The notes under the pieces are model-generated. The model made no database searches, was not told where the DNA came from, and was given only the letters and a program-made list of their open reading frames with translations. 64,000 nt of DNA from IMG/VR virus record IMGVR_UViG_3300032234_000388, positions 96,001 to 160,000 of that record; one strand, given 5' to 3'. Shown here one piece after another: positions 10,104 through 19,107 of this stretch (its first letter is position 1; each line of letters starts with the position of its first letter). Position numbers and translations under genes: made by a program. The stretch is from a virus (taxonomy: Duplodnaviria > Caudoviricetes).

Positions 10104-10812
10104 GATTAATCCTATAAAAATTTCTATCGATGTCGTAGTTTGGTGGATCAGTTGCAAATTTATTCCAGCACGGTATGCTCATTGATAGTCGTTTTTCGTC
10201 TGGGTATGCTACGTGATACATTCTAGATGGGAAATATAAAGCATCGCCTGGCTCAAGCACAACGTCGATTGCCACTGATAAATCCTTTTCGTCAATGCGT
10301 CCATTCATTGTACCAGTTTTATAAAGATAGGAAATTCTATTATTAAATATTTTCCATCTTGTTTTTCCTTCAATTTGAATAACAAAGTTTGCTGGGTAGT
10401 CATCGTGTATAGAAAAAGATTTAGAACCCTTTAATCCGCCGTAGACATGTATAGCTGCATTTACGTTAAACATGCTTTCGAATATTCTTAAAAGCTCTGT
10501 GGTTTTTCTATTATGAAATCCGTAATTCATTATTATAATACTATGACCCTGATGCAATTTTTCAAACATAAATTCTTTGTCTTGAACAAGATTTTCCCAC
10601 ATCCATGCTTTTCGAGATTCTGGAATGTAAGTTTTATTATTGTATTGATCAATCATTTCAAATTTATAAAAATGAGGATTGTTCATACACGCTTCCACAT
10701 CCTGCCAGGTCAGTAGATCCTGAGGATCCTTTAATAATCCTTTGAAAAAATGTGGCTTATCGTCTATTAATAAATTAGTTTCGTTTAGTATGCGTTGGCC
10801 GATATCTATCAT
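10093..10812 (-). CDS. JmjC/cupin_4 (YcfD/ROX-like) oxygenase
   Basis: HVY..SFSIHDD..NFVIQIEGKTRW..LEPGDALYFP..YHVA. Confidence 0.8.
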   Translation of the reverse strand: MIDIGQRILNETNLLIDDKPHFFKGLLKDPQDLLTWQDVEACMNNPHFYKFEMIDQYNNKTYIPESRKAWMWENLVQDKEFMFEKLHQGHSIIIMNYGFHNRKTTELLRIFESMFNVNAAIHVYGGLKGSKSFSIHDDYPANFVIQIEGKTRWKIFNNRISYLYKTGTMNGRIDEKDLSVAIDVVLEPGDALYFPSRMYHVAYPDEKRLSMSIPCWNKFATDPPNYDIDRNFYRINHDI

Positions 10813-11407
10813 CGTCTGTCCTAATAATTTTTACGTTAAATGAAATGCTAATTCTATCTTCGTCAAGTTCGTTTCTTTCTACGCCATGAGGCAACCAGCC
10901 AGGAAACATAATTAATTTTTGACTTTCTGGCACAAACGACATCGCTGATGCACTCAATGAAGTGAATTGACCAATAGTTGCTTGTGATGCTACGATAAAA
11001 TCTTGCCCGTAGCTTTTATAAAAATTAATATTTCCGTGACCGTGTCGTGCTTTTAAATAAAAAACACCAGAAATAAAACTGTTATCGTGAGTATGTACTG
11101 CATTAGTATGATTTTTGTGATTTATATTAAACCAAAAATTTTCAATATCCACAAAACACAAATCTTCTCGATAACCAAAATCTCGAACACACTGTTCTGC
11201 TTGTTCTAAAATTCGGTCTTCAAGTTGTTTCATTTCTGGATAGGTACCTGCACGAAAGTCTCGGCTTTGCCATCCGCCTTGATTGCTTAATTTTCTTCCA
11301 ACTGGGTCCTGTTCTCTTAATCGATAGCATAGTGCTACCATATCTTCAGTTTTTATTTCGGTGTGTTCCCACCATACCGGTGTAGGAAAATATAAATCTA
11401 TATTCAT
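10775..11407 (-). CDS. TIGR02466-like Fe(II)/2OG oxygenase
   Basis: YFPTPV..SNQGGWQS..WFNIN..HTH..ISGVFY..FPGWLPHGV..RISISFN. Confidence 0.85.
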   Translation of the reverse strand: MNIDLYFPTPVWWEHTEIKTEDMVALCYRLREQDPVGRKLSNQGGWQSRDFRAGTYPEMKQLEDRILEQAEQCVRDFGYREDLCFVDIENFWFNINHKNHTNAVHTHDNSFISGVFYLKARHGHGNINFYKSYGQDFIVASQATIGQFTSLSASAMSFVPESQKLIMFPGWLPHGVERNELDEDRISISFNVKIIRTDDDRYRPTHTKRN

Positions 11408-12210
11408 AAAAATAGATCCTTGAGCATCAGTGGGTTATTTTTTGGAGATAGGTGTGAAAATGCAAAAGCATGACTCCACCTAAAATCTACAGATGGAGAA
11501 ATATACGCACTATGGCACACATTTGATTTATACATAGTTATAGTTCCTTCAGTTGTGGGAGCATCTCCAACATGTTCAAATCCCCATCTTGTTAATTCTG
11601 CTTCTGTCATATTAAACCATTGAGATGATCTTGTAGGATTTTCAGCTATTGATTTCCATTCGTGATACATTTTATGATTTTCATCTACCTGAAAATCATA
11701 TATTTCATCTTTCATTACTCCGTTATATCTATATAGCTTAGTTGAGCTATCGGCGGTATCATGATTGGTAAACCACAAATTTGCAACCATTCCGTATGAA
11801 TAGTCAATATGTGGTATGCGCCAGCAAGAGATAGGCCTAGATCGATTTTTAAAATAAACGTTTCCCCATTCGTGTATTTCAGGATCCACAATTGGAAGAT
11901 TGACCTGTGTAAGATAAAATTCTTTTATTAAAAAACAAATATCTTTATAAATCCATTCTGGCAAATGTATTGTATCAAATGGATTAGGGTCAAAGTTTTC
12001 TAGATTGTTATTATCTTTTTGTATAGGAAAAGTAGAAACTAAGTTTCTAAAAAGATCAAATCCGTTATCATAAAATGGATTTTCAGCAATCCAGTACCCT
12101 ATGTCTTGATCAAGTTTAACGTATTCGAGTTTCCAATCCTCTAATTTTTTAATTTTTATAATTTTTTTAAAATTATTAGCGTCGGGGTAGCAGGTTTTAA
12201 AATCTATCAT
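11404..12210 (-). CDS. Putative Fe(II)/2OG oxygenase (DUF6445-like)
   Basis: IPHID..ANLW..T...MY...HSA..R. Confidence 0.6.
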   Translation of the reverse strand: MIDFKTCYPDANNFKKIIKIKKLEDWKLEYVKLDQDIGYWIAENPFYDNGFDLFRNLVSTFPIQKDNNNLENFDPNPFDTIHLPEWIYKDICFLIKEFYLTQVNLPIVDPEIHEWGNVYFKNRSRPISCWRIPHIDYSYGMVANLWFTNHDTADSSTKLYRYNGVMKDEIYDFQVDENHKMYHEWKSIAENPTRSSQWFNMTEAELTRWGFEHVGDAPTTEGTITMYKSNVCHSAYISPSVDFRWSHAFAFSHLSPKNNPLMLKDLFL

Positions 12211-12791
12211 TTTATATTAAATGTCATTACTATTCTTTCTTGATCGGTATGATTAATTTGAGTTCTGTGTCGAAGCCAACCTGGAAAAATTATTACATCA
12301 TTGGTATTACATTGTACTTCTTTGTAAAATGATAATTCTGGAATTACTGGAAAATTATGTTTGTGATATTCGAGAGGATCTTTAAACTCAATGTTTCCAG
12401 AATTAGGAGGACACTTAATATAACAACTTACTACAAACGTTGAATGACTATGTGAGTGTTCTAATGTTTCTCCAGATTCTAGATGACGATTAACCCACGA
12501 TTGATGTACTGTTGAATGATTATGAACAAAATCGTATTCTTTTCGAATACCGTTAATTTTTTCTCCTAACCAAAACTGAAAATCAGACAGCTCAACCCAT
12601 GTGTGTGGTTGAAATTTATCATCTAGTGATACTGTGGATATTGCATTTCCCTTCTCTAATAAAGAATTAGTTTTTACTAAATTTAAAATATTATTAATTT
12701 TTGGATATAATATATCCAAATCAAAATCGTAATTAAATTTCCATACTAGAGGAGGAAATAAAAATACCCCGCCATTACTCAGCTGTAACAC
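12207..12791 (-). CDS. TIGR02466-like Fe(II)/2OG oxygenase
   Basis: SWVN..HSH..GNIEFKDP..IFPGWLRH..RIVMTFN. Confidence 0.82.
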   Translation of the reverse strand: MLQLSNGGVFLFPPLVWKFNYDFDLDILYPKINNILNLVKTNSLLEKGNAISTVSLDDKFQPHTWVELSDFQFWLGEKINGIRKEYDFVHNHSTVHQSWVNRHLESGETLEHSHSHSTFVVSCYIKCPPNSGNIEFKDPLEYHKHNFPVIPELSFYKEVQCNTNDVIIFPGWLRHRTQINHTDQERIVMTFNIK

Positions 12792-13026
12792 CTATGTCGT
12801 CCTTAAATGTTTCTAAGGCTAGCGTTAATCCCATAATTGCCCCTTCCATTTTAACTACATCTTTGGCTAGTTCTTGTCTTTTGCTAAAGTCGATTGAAGT
12901 GATTCCGTATGGATTAAGTTTTACATTTGCAAATTCTTCTTCGAGTAGTTTAAGTTCGTTATTTGTTTTATCAAGTTCTTGTTGTACCTGTAGTATATTT
13001 TTTTGTAATTTTTCTGCGTAGTTCAT
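12775..13026 (-). CDS. Small coiled-coil hypothetical protein
   Basis: Overlaps both neighbours in the operon; heptad-like sequence; SD AGGAG. Confidence 0.7.
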   Translation of the reverse strand: MNYAEKLQKNILQVQQELDKTNNELKLLEEEFANVKLNPYGITSIDFSKRQELAKDVVKMEGAIMGLTLALETFKDDIGVTAE

Positions 13027-13826
13027 AATGCTCTCCTTTTAAACTTTTTTAAAATTTTACTAACTCTGTGCAATCTAGAAGACAGTGTGTCTTTTTCTAA
13101 AATTACACAATTGGCAGCATAATTATATGCTCGTTCTCGTTGCATATCTAATTCGTCAGCATTTTCGATTGTTATGTCGTACTCTGCAAGATTTAAATAT
13201 TTCCTAGGAATAGGAATAAGTTGGCACAGCGGTGTTCCTGCCTTTATCAATGTTGTACTGTTAAGATTTTTCCAAAACATTGGTACATTTAATGTGTGAG
13301 AAAAAATTGGATCTAGTATACCCGTAGCTGCAACAAATCGGTGCTCGTCGTTGTAGGCTACAGGCAATTGAAGAAACACTATATCGTTTGATGCATCGAC
13401 TCTCCACGGAGTTTCTACTTTAATTGTAGTGGCTAAAGTTGTAGTATTATCAATCAAAGGCAACGTCTGCTGAGAGGGGTGCGTAGCAATATAACTTTCA
13501 GTACCTGCTATTCCTTTATCAAAGACAATTGGTTCACGCCAGTTCATCGATATATTATCGCCATTAGTAGTTATTTCAAAATCTGCTGGTGCCGGAATAA
13601 TGAACCCTGTTGATACTAATTTTTTTAAACCAGGACAATTTGAAGTTGCTAACATATGATCCGGATATAGTTCTCTGTTTAAAAATTTTCTATCTAACAT
13701 TGAAGATTTTGTAATTGGAAAAAGATCTATAACACCCGGATATACTGAATAAAATCTAATATAAGATTTCTTTTTAGTTGTCCAACCAAACAGTTTTTTA
13801 CACAGCGTGGTCATCTTTTCCGCCAT
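13023..13826 (-). CDS. Hypothetical protein (CPG..GFIIP..GILD..AGTPL motifs; possibly dUTPase-like fold)
   Basis: Operon-coupled ORF; motif style seen in T4-like oxygenase islands; start possibly 13814. Confidence 0.6.
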   Translation of the reverse strand: MAEKMTTLCKKLFGWTTKKKSYIRFYSVYPGVIDLFPITKSSMLDRKFLNRELYPDHMLATSNCPGLKKLVSTGFIIPAPADFEITTNGDNISMNWREPIVFDKGIAGTESYIATHPSQQTLPLIDNTTTLATTIKVETPWRVDASNDIVFLQLPVAYNDEHRFVAATGILDPIFSHTLNVPMFWKNLNSTTLIKAGTPLCQLIPIPRKYLNLAEYDITIENADELDMQRERAYNYAANCVILEKDTLSSRLHRVSKILKKFKRRAL

Positions 13827-15408
13827 AAATGTTATCTTTTAAGAACTGATAATGGCTTGGCAATTGTTTTACATGATCAATAACAAAATTTTTATATTCT
13901 TCGTAGGCACGCTTAGTAAATCCCGTTTGTTGATCGTGTAATACATCTGGAATATTTCTAGAATATAAGAGTTCTTTAGTAGATATTGCTCGAACACCAA
14001 GGCCTGCCAAAATAAACATTTGACCGATGCCCTCATGCCAATAGCTTTGATTTAATAAAATATTGCCAACAGTATTAGGATATTGAGCTTGAACCATCAT
14101 ATGCGGGCCCATCATGTCGGGACTGTACTCGTTATATTGTGTACACCATCTCCAATATGGAGTGTCTGTTCTTCCCGAAAACGCATAGTGCATACTAACA
14201 AAATCTCTAAATCTGTCAACTTCTGTAGCTACTGCAAGATTAAATCCATCTTGTTCAATTCTAGTTACATACCCTTTTCTTCGATTAAGAGTTTCTACTA
14301 ATTTAATTATATTTTCGTGAGTTGTTAACAGGCCTGTTGATTCTAAAGGCTCAACAAACCCGTAGCTTAGACCAACACCTACTACGTTTTGATGCCACGC
14401 CCTACGACGTTTTCCGTGTTTAATTATAATATTAAACATTTCTGCATTTTCTGCAAGCTCCGGACTGTGCTTTTCAGCAATGTGTCTTCTAAATTCTCTT
14501 TTAGCATCTTCGTCTGTTACAAATCTACTAGAATACACATAGCCTGTACCAATCCTATTCCACAACGGAATATTCCATACCCAGCCGTTATCTAATGCAT
14601 GACAATCAGTTACGTTATGCATTTCTCGTTCTCTGTCAATATACGGCAATCGACATGCCCATGCTCTATCATTGGCTAAAACTTTACTAAACGGTTGAAA
14701 CTCTTGTCCCATCCATTGTTCTAATAGTTGTGATCTAAAACCAGTACAGTCGATCCAAAGGTCAGATTTTAAAACCTGTGTATCTTCTAACATCACGTGA
14801 GAAAGATTGCCAAGATCGTCTTTTTTATAAGAATGCACTTCGCCAATAATGTGTTTAACACCATTAGGCAATGCAATTTTTTCTTTTAAATATTGTCCAA
14901 ATAACTGCGCATCCATATGATATGCGGTGTCCCAGTCGAAGGAAAAGTTTCTTAATATACCGTTTTCATTTTTGCTCTGTTTATTGTACTTGGCCAGCAT
15001 TGTATTGCCTGTACAATAAAATTCAGCAAATGTTTCTGAGGTATATTCTTCTGGATATTCTGCAGCAAGTCGAGACCATGCTTGCTCGCCTGCCGGTTTA
15101 TCGGTTAGATCCAATCCTCCACTAAACGGATATTCAAAATGTGTTCCGTCTTTGGCTTTAAAATTTGTAAATCTGATAGAATTTTTATAGGTTGCATTAC
15201 ATGCGGCCATCCAATCTTCATCTTTTAAATCTAATAATTTTAAAAATTTGTTAATGTGACCTAGAGTGCTTTCTCCGACTCCGACAGTGCCAATTTTTTT
15301 AGATTCAACTAATGTTATTTCTAAATGAGGACATAGTTTGGCTAGTGCGGCTGCAGTCATCCATCCTGATGATCCACCACCCACTATAGTTACTGTTTTG
15401 TAATGCAT
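13798..15408 (-). CDS. Tryptophan-halogenase-like protein 5
   Basis: GGGSSG, ATYKNSIRF, GWVWNIP, canonical FVEPLESTG. Confidence 0.92.
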   Translation of the reverse strand: MHYKTVTIVGGGSSGWMTAAALAKLCPHLEITLVESKKIGTVGVGESTLGHINKFLKLLDLKDEDWMAACNATYKNSIRFTNFKAKDGTHFEYPFSGGLDLTDKPAGEQAWSRLAAEYPEEYTSETFAEFYCTGNTMLAKYNKQSKNENGILRNFSFDWDTAYHMDAQLFGQYLKEKIALPNGVKHIIGEVHSYKKDDLGNLSHVMLEDTQVLKSDLWIDCTGFRSQLLEQWMGQEFQPFSKVLANDRAWACRLPYIDREREMHNVTDCHALDNGWVWNIPLWNRIGTGYVYSSRFVTDEDAKREFRRHIAEKHSPELAENAEMFNIIIKHGKRRRAWHQNVVGVGLSYGFVEPLESTGLLTTHENIIKLVETLNRRKGYVTRIEQDGFNLAVATEVDRFRDFVSMHYAFSGRTDTPYWRWCTQYNEYSPDMMGPHMMVQAQYPNTVGNILLNQSYWHEGIGQMFILAGLGVRAISTKELLYSRNIPDVLHDQQTGFTKRAYEEYKNFVIDHVKQLPSHYQFLKDNIYGGKDDHAV

Positions 15409-15450
15409 GAAAAGTTCCTTATTATATAGTAATAAAATAAAACTACCAGA

Positions 15451-15457
15451 TATTTAG
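15451..15457 (-). promoter_or_regulatory. Late-promoter-like CTAAATA heading the halogenase/oxygenase operon
   Basis: TAAATA core about 40 nt upstream of ATG 15408, just downstream of a terminator. Confidence 0.55.
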
Positions 15458-15476
15458 CTACTGTTTTTAGAGAGGT

Positions 15477-15508
15477 AAAAAAAAGGTGCCTATAATAAAG
15501 CACCTTTT
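15477..15508 (-). terminator. Intrinsic terminator closing the fibre operon
   Basis: AAAAGGTGC...GCACCTTTT inverted repeat with an 8-U tail on the minus strand. Confidence 0.75.
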
Positions 15509-15528
15509 AAGTAGGTTTATTAGGTTAA

Positions 15529-16026
15529 TTAACTAATGCCATAACCTTTCCATCCTGGATATCTTTTCCAGGCAGGCATTTCTAAAGTTGCAGGTTGATT
15601 TCTCTTGTCCTTGCTAGGTTCTTCAGTCAATGACCTTGCTAACATTTCTTCCATTGTAACAGGAGCTTCAGGCGGAGGTGGTTTTGGTATTACTGATTTT
15701 ACTGTTTGGATATGATTATACCAATCTCCGTCTGCTGAAATACTTCCGCTAGTTGCTAACTCATGATACAACATATCTAATTGAGCGCCAACGTCGCCAT
15801 AGGCGACCTTACGTGCTACTGCTAGATCAGTAAAAGGAGCATCTCGTTCTATCCAAATCATTTTACCTTGGCTAGGACTCCATTCTAATGTCCAATCTAA
15901 CGTGATTTCGTCAGGAGCATCTACCCAAACTACTGTAGCGTCTGGGCCTTCATAAATTTCATAATCTAATCCGGGCTCAACTATTTGTTGTACCCAACCT
16001 TGATATACTACTAGTGCTTTTTTCAT
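15529..16026 (-). CDS. Hypothetical fibre-associated (assembly/chaperone-like) protein
   Basis: Follows the three Gly-rich fibre genes; contains R..AY....QLDMLYH motif typical of phage fibre-adjacent proteins. Confidence 0.5.
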   Translation of the reverse strand: MKKALVVYQGWVQQIVEPGLDYEIYEGPDATVVWVDAPDEITLDWTLEWSPSQGKMIWIERDAPFTDLAVARKVAYGDVGAQLDMLYHELATSGSISADGDWYNHIQTVKSVIPKPPPPEAPVTMEEMLARSLTEEPSKDKRNQPATLEMPAWKRYPGWKGYGIS

Positions 16027-16043
16027 AATGTTTTATTCCTAAT

Positions 16044-16898
16044 TTATCTATATTCTTCTACAACAATAATTCCGGGACGACCATCTGAACCTCGATGTCC
16101 ATGATAGTGACCTCCAGTGCCTCCAGATCCTGGAGCAGAATGTCCTTGATGATTGTGTGCAAAATTGCCACCTTGTGGATGACCTGATGGAGCGCCGCCG
16201 CCCCAATAACTTGACCCGCCTGGTCCAAAATTATCATGATGAGAACCACCACCGCCTTGGTGCATATTTAGATCTCCACCACTTCCGACACCACTAACAC
16301 CGCCACTATGCTGATTTTGTCTATTAGCTCCGTGGCCTGCACTGGCAGAACAGAATCCACCAAACGAGGTTGTGCCTGCATTGCCGCCAGCACCCGCATA
16401 CCAAGTACCTCCGCCTCCGCCGTCAATAGTAACACCTACTGAACTAGTACCTGTTACATCTATAATTCGTTCTGCATATCCACCGGCAGCACCTGACTCG
16501 CCGTGACCACTTGCGCCACCGCCTGAGCCCTGAACTTTTACTCGAATAAATCTAACTCCTGCTGGACGATTCCATGTGCCGCTACTGGTAAACACTTGCA
16601 TGCCGCTAAAACCAGTGACTGCATACTCAAACGCATTTCCAGAGGAATTAACTCGAAGCACAGTGTTTGCTGAGCCTACAGAAGATAATCCAGTACCGCC
16701 TTTGGCAATAGGCATTACTCCAGTGACTGTAGATTGTGAAAAATCTACAGAGTTGTTTGCAAGTTTTGCAGAAGTAATTGCTCCGCTTGCTAAGTCGCTA
16801 GTAGGAATTGATCTATTAGCAATATCAGCATCCGGTATGCTAACGTCAATAATAGCTTGTCCGGTTAAATTTCGTAATGTTTGATAATCAAATGGCAT
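16044..16898 (-). CDS. Gly/His-rich fibre or adhesin-like protein, paralogue C
   Basis: ITxxKLA repeats, P..KGGTG, VFTSSGTW..P.GV..I.V...GGG Gly-rich domain ending GxxGxPGIIVVEEY. Confidence 0.75.
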   Translation of the reverse strand: MPFDYQTLRNLTGQAIIDVSIPDADIANRSIPTSDLASGAITSAKLANNSVDFSQSTVTGVMPIAKGGTGLSSVGSANTVLRVNSSGNAFEYAVTGFSGMQVFTSSGTWNRPAGVRFIRVKVQGSGGGASGHGESGAAGGYAERIIDVTGTSSVGVTIDGGGGGTWYAGAGGNAGTTSFGGFCSASAGHGANRQNQHSGGVSGVGSGGDLNMHQGGGGSHHDNFGPGGSSYWGGGAPSGHPQGGNFAHNHQGHSAPGSGGTGGHYHGHRGSDGRPGIIVVEEYR

Positions 16899-16910
16899 AT
16901 TTTTCCTAGA

Positions 16911-17768
16911 TTAAAAGAATTCTGTAATAACAATTAAGCCGGGTCTACCGTCTGAGCCTCTATGACCGCTAAAATATCCTGCAGATCCACCTGTGCCGGG
17001 CGCAGAGTGCCCTTGATGATTGTGTGTAAAATTTCCACCTTGTGGGTGTCCGCTTGGGGCTGGCCCGCCCCAAAAACTCTTTCCGCCCATGCCGCTTGAA
17101 CGCTGTTCGTGTCCGCCACCGGCGCCACCGTATAAATTTAAGTCTCCGCCGGATCCAATTCCTGGTAATCCGCCGTTATGATTATTATGTCTATTAGCTC
17201 CATGACCTGCAGTTGCTGAAACAAATCCGCCAAATGATGTTGTGCCAGCATTGCCTCCAGCATTGTTGTACCAAGTACCACCACCACCACCGTCAATAGT
17301 AACACCCACAGTAGTGATTGATGTTGCATCAATTAGTCTTTCGGCATATCCGCCGGCAGCACCTGACTCACCGTGGCCACTTGCTCCGCCGCCTGAGCCT
17401 TGAACTTGTACCCAAATAAATCTAACTCCGGATGTTTTAGTATATGTTCCAGAACCAGTAAACACTACCATTCTAAAAATTCCTGTAGGTGCAAATTCTA
17501 ATGCAGTATTTGCAGAATTTGCTGCTAGTACTCGAAATGCTGATCCTACAGCACTTGCTCCAGTACCTCCTCTAGAAAACGGTGTTGCTCCGGTGACTGT
17601 GACCGAGGCAACATCAATAGCTCCTGCACCTATTTCTGATGCTGTAATTGTAGTATTGGCTATTTTTGTGTCTGTTACTGCGCTATTATTTAAATCGGCA
17701 CCAGTAAGCGTGCCTGGAAGAATTGCAGCGTCTGTTATATTTTTTAATGTTTGATAATTAAATGGCAT
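16911..17768 (-). CDS. Gly/His-rich fibre or adhesin-like protein, paralogue B
   Basis: Same architecture; MPFNYQ start. Confidence 0.75.
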   Translation of the reverse strand: MPFNYQTLKNITDAAILPGTLTGADLNNSAVTDTKIANTTITASEIGAGAIDVASVTVTGATPFSRGGTGASAVGSAFRVLAANSANTALEFAPTGIFRMVVFTGSGTYTKTSGVRFIWVQVQGSGGGASGHGESGAAGGYAERLIDATSITTVGVTIDGGGGGTWYNNAGGNAGTTSFGGFVSATAGHGANRHNNHNGGLPGIGSGGDLNLYGGAGGGHEQRSSGMGGKSFWGGPAPSGHPQGGNFTHNHQGHSAPGTGGSAGYFSGHRGSDGRPGLIVITEFF

Positions 17769-17776
17769 AGTTATTC

Positions 17777-18628
17777 TTAGAAATAGTTAGTTACAACAAC
17801 AATGCCCGGACGACCGTCAGATCCGCGGTGCCCGTGAAAGTGTGCTCCAGCTCCGCCCGTCCCTGGCGAGGTATGACTTTGATGATTGTGTGCAAAATTG
17901 CCGCCCTGAGGATGGCTGCTAGGTGCGCCTCCGCCAAAGAATGTATCTGCACAACTTTGTGCGCTTCGGGCATGGTGACTAAATCCGCTACCTTGGTGCA
18001 TGTTTAAATTTCCGCCGCTGCCAACGCCACTAACTCCGCCCGAGTGTTGATTTTGTCTATTGGCTCCGTGGCCGCCGCTAGCTGATAAGAAAGAACCAAA
18101 ACTACAACCACCAGCATTGCCGCCCGCATTAGCATAAAATGTTCCACCACCGCCACCGTCAATGGTTATACCTACCGAGCTAATTCCAGTTACGTCAAGA
18201 TACCGTTCGCAGTATCCGCCAGCAGCTCCACCTTCTCCGTGGCCGCTGCCGCCTCCTCCTGATCCCTGTAATTGAACTTTAATGTATCTAACTCCTGCTG
18301 GTCGATTCCATGTTGACGACCCAGTAAATACTTGAATACTAGCAATCCCGTGATTACTAGCAACAGGGTTAGTTCCGTCACTGTAAAACGCTCTAAATGC
18401 TCCAGGTAATGATGTGGTTCCTAGTCCGCCTTTGTTTACAGGCAAAGTTCCAGTAACAACTGTTGTAGTAGTATTAACTGCGCTGGTAGCTAATTTTGAA
18501 GAATCAATAGCACCAAGGGCTATTTTTCCTGCAGTAATTGACGTATTAGCTAAATCTGCGGTGTCAATAGAACCATCAATAAACGATGCTCCTGTTAAAT
18601 TCCGTAGACTCTGATAATTAAACGGCAT
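17777..18628 (-). CDS. Gly/His-rich fibre or adhesin-like protein, paralogue A
   Basis: Same architecture; MPFNYQ start. Confidence 0.75.
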   Translation of the reverse strand: MPFNYQSLRNLTGASFIDGSIDTADLANTSITAGKIALGAIDSSKLATSAVNTTTTVVTGTLPVNKGGLGTTSLPGAFRAFYSDGTNPVASNHGIASIQVFTGSSTWNRPAGVRYIKVQLQGSGGGGSGHGEGGAAGGYCERYLDVTGISSVGITIDGGGGGTFYANAGGNAGGCSFGSFLSASGGHGANRQNQHSGGVSGVGSGGNLNMHQGSGFSHHARSAQSCADTFFGGGAPSSHPQGGNFAHNHQSHTSPGTGGAGAHFHGHRGSDGRPGIVVVTNYF

Positions 18629-18637
18629 TTTTAATCC

Positions 18638-19096
18638 TTAAATTGATTCAAGTAACCATCCCCTGGGTACATCGTAATACACTAGTCTTATAGATGCACC
18701 GTTGGTAGTAATATCCATATCATCTGCAATACGCATGATATTTTGACCATTTCTTGCTAGAACGCATCTGTTAGTTGCAAAAGATCCAGCAAGATCAGTA
18801 ACTTTAATAAAATCTCCAATAACTGGTGCTGCCGGTAATGTAAGTGTAACTACACCACCAGATGTATTTACCCAGTACGTTCTATTGGAAACAGCTATCG
18901 TATTTGTACTGATTAAAATGCGTTCATAGTCTCCCACTACATGCCATGCGCTGCCGTTATAAATTTCTAATTGATTAGTTGTTCTATTAAAAAATGTTAC
19001 ACCAGCATTAGCAGCAGGTGGCCGCTCCGTAGTAGTACCCATGACCATAATAGGTGCGTTTGTATTAACAATCCCGCTCGAAAGGATTCTTCCCAT
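18638..19096 (-). CDS. Fibre connector-like virion protein
   Basis: GTTTERP..FFNRT.NQLEIYNG..W module plus VNT.GG..TLTLP..P..GD domain resembling the T4 gp34 N-terminal repeat. Confidence 0.6.
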   Translation of the reverse strand: MGRILSSGIVNTNAPIMVMGTTTERPPAANAGVTFFNRTTNQLEIYNGSAWHVVGDYERILISTNTIAVSNRTYWVNTSGGVVTLTLPAAPVIGDFIKVTDLAGSFATNRCVLARNGQNIMRIADDMDITTNGASIRLVYYDVPRGWLLESI

Positions 19097-19107
19097 AATA
19101 TTATTCC

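Noticed and set aside
6399-12791. Fe/2OG halogenases (SyrB2/WelO5 type)
   Set aside because: The metal motifs are HxD or HxH, not the HxA/HxG expected for radical halogenases
207-15408. Bacterial pyrrolnitrin/rebeccamycin-type biosynthetic cluster
   Set aside because: No downstream pathway genes, reductase or transporter; the context is entirely phage
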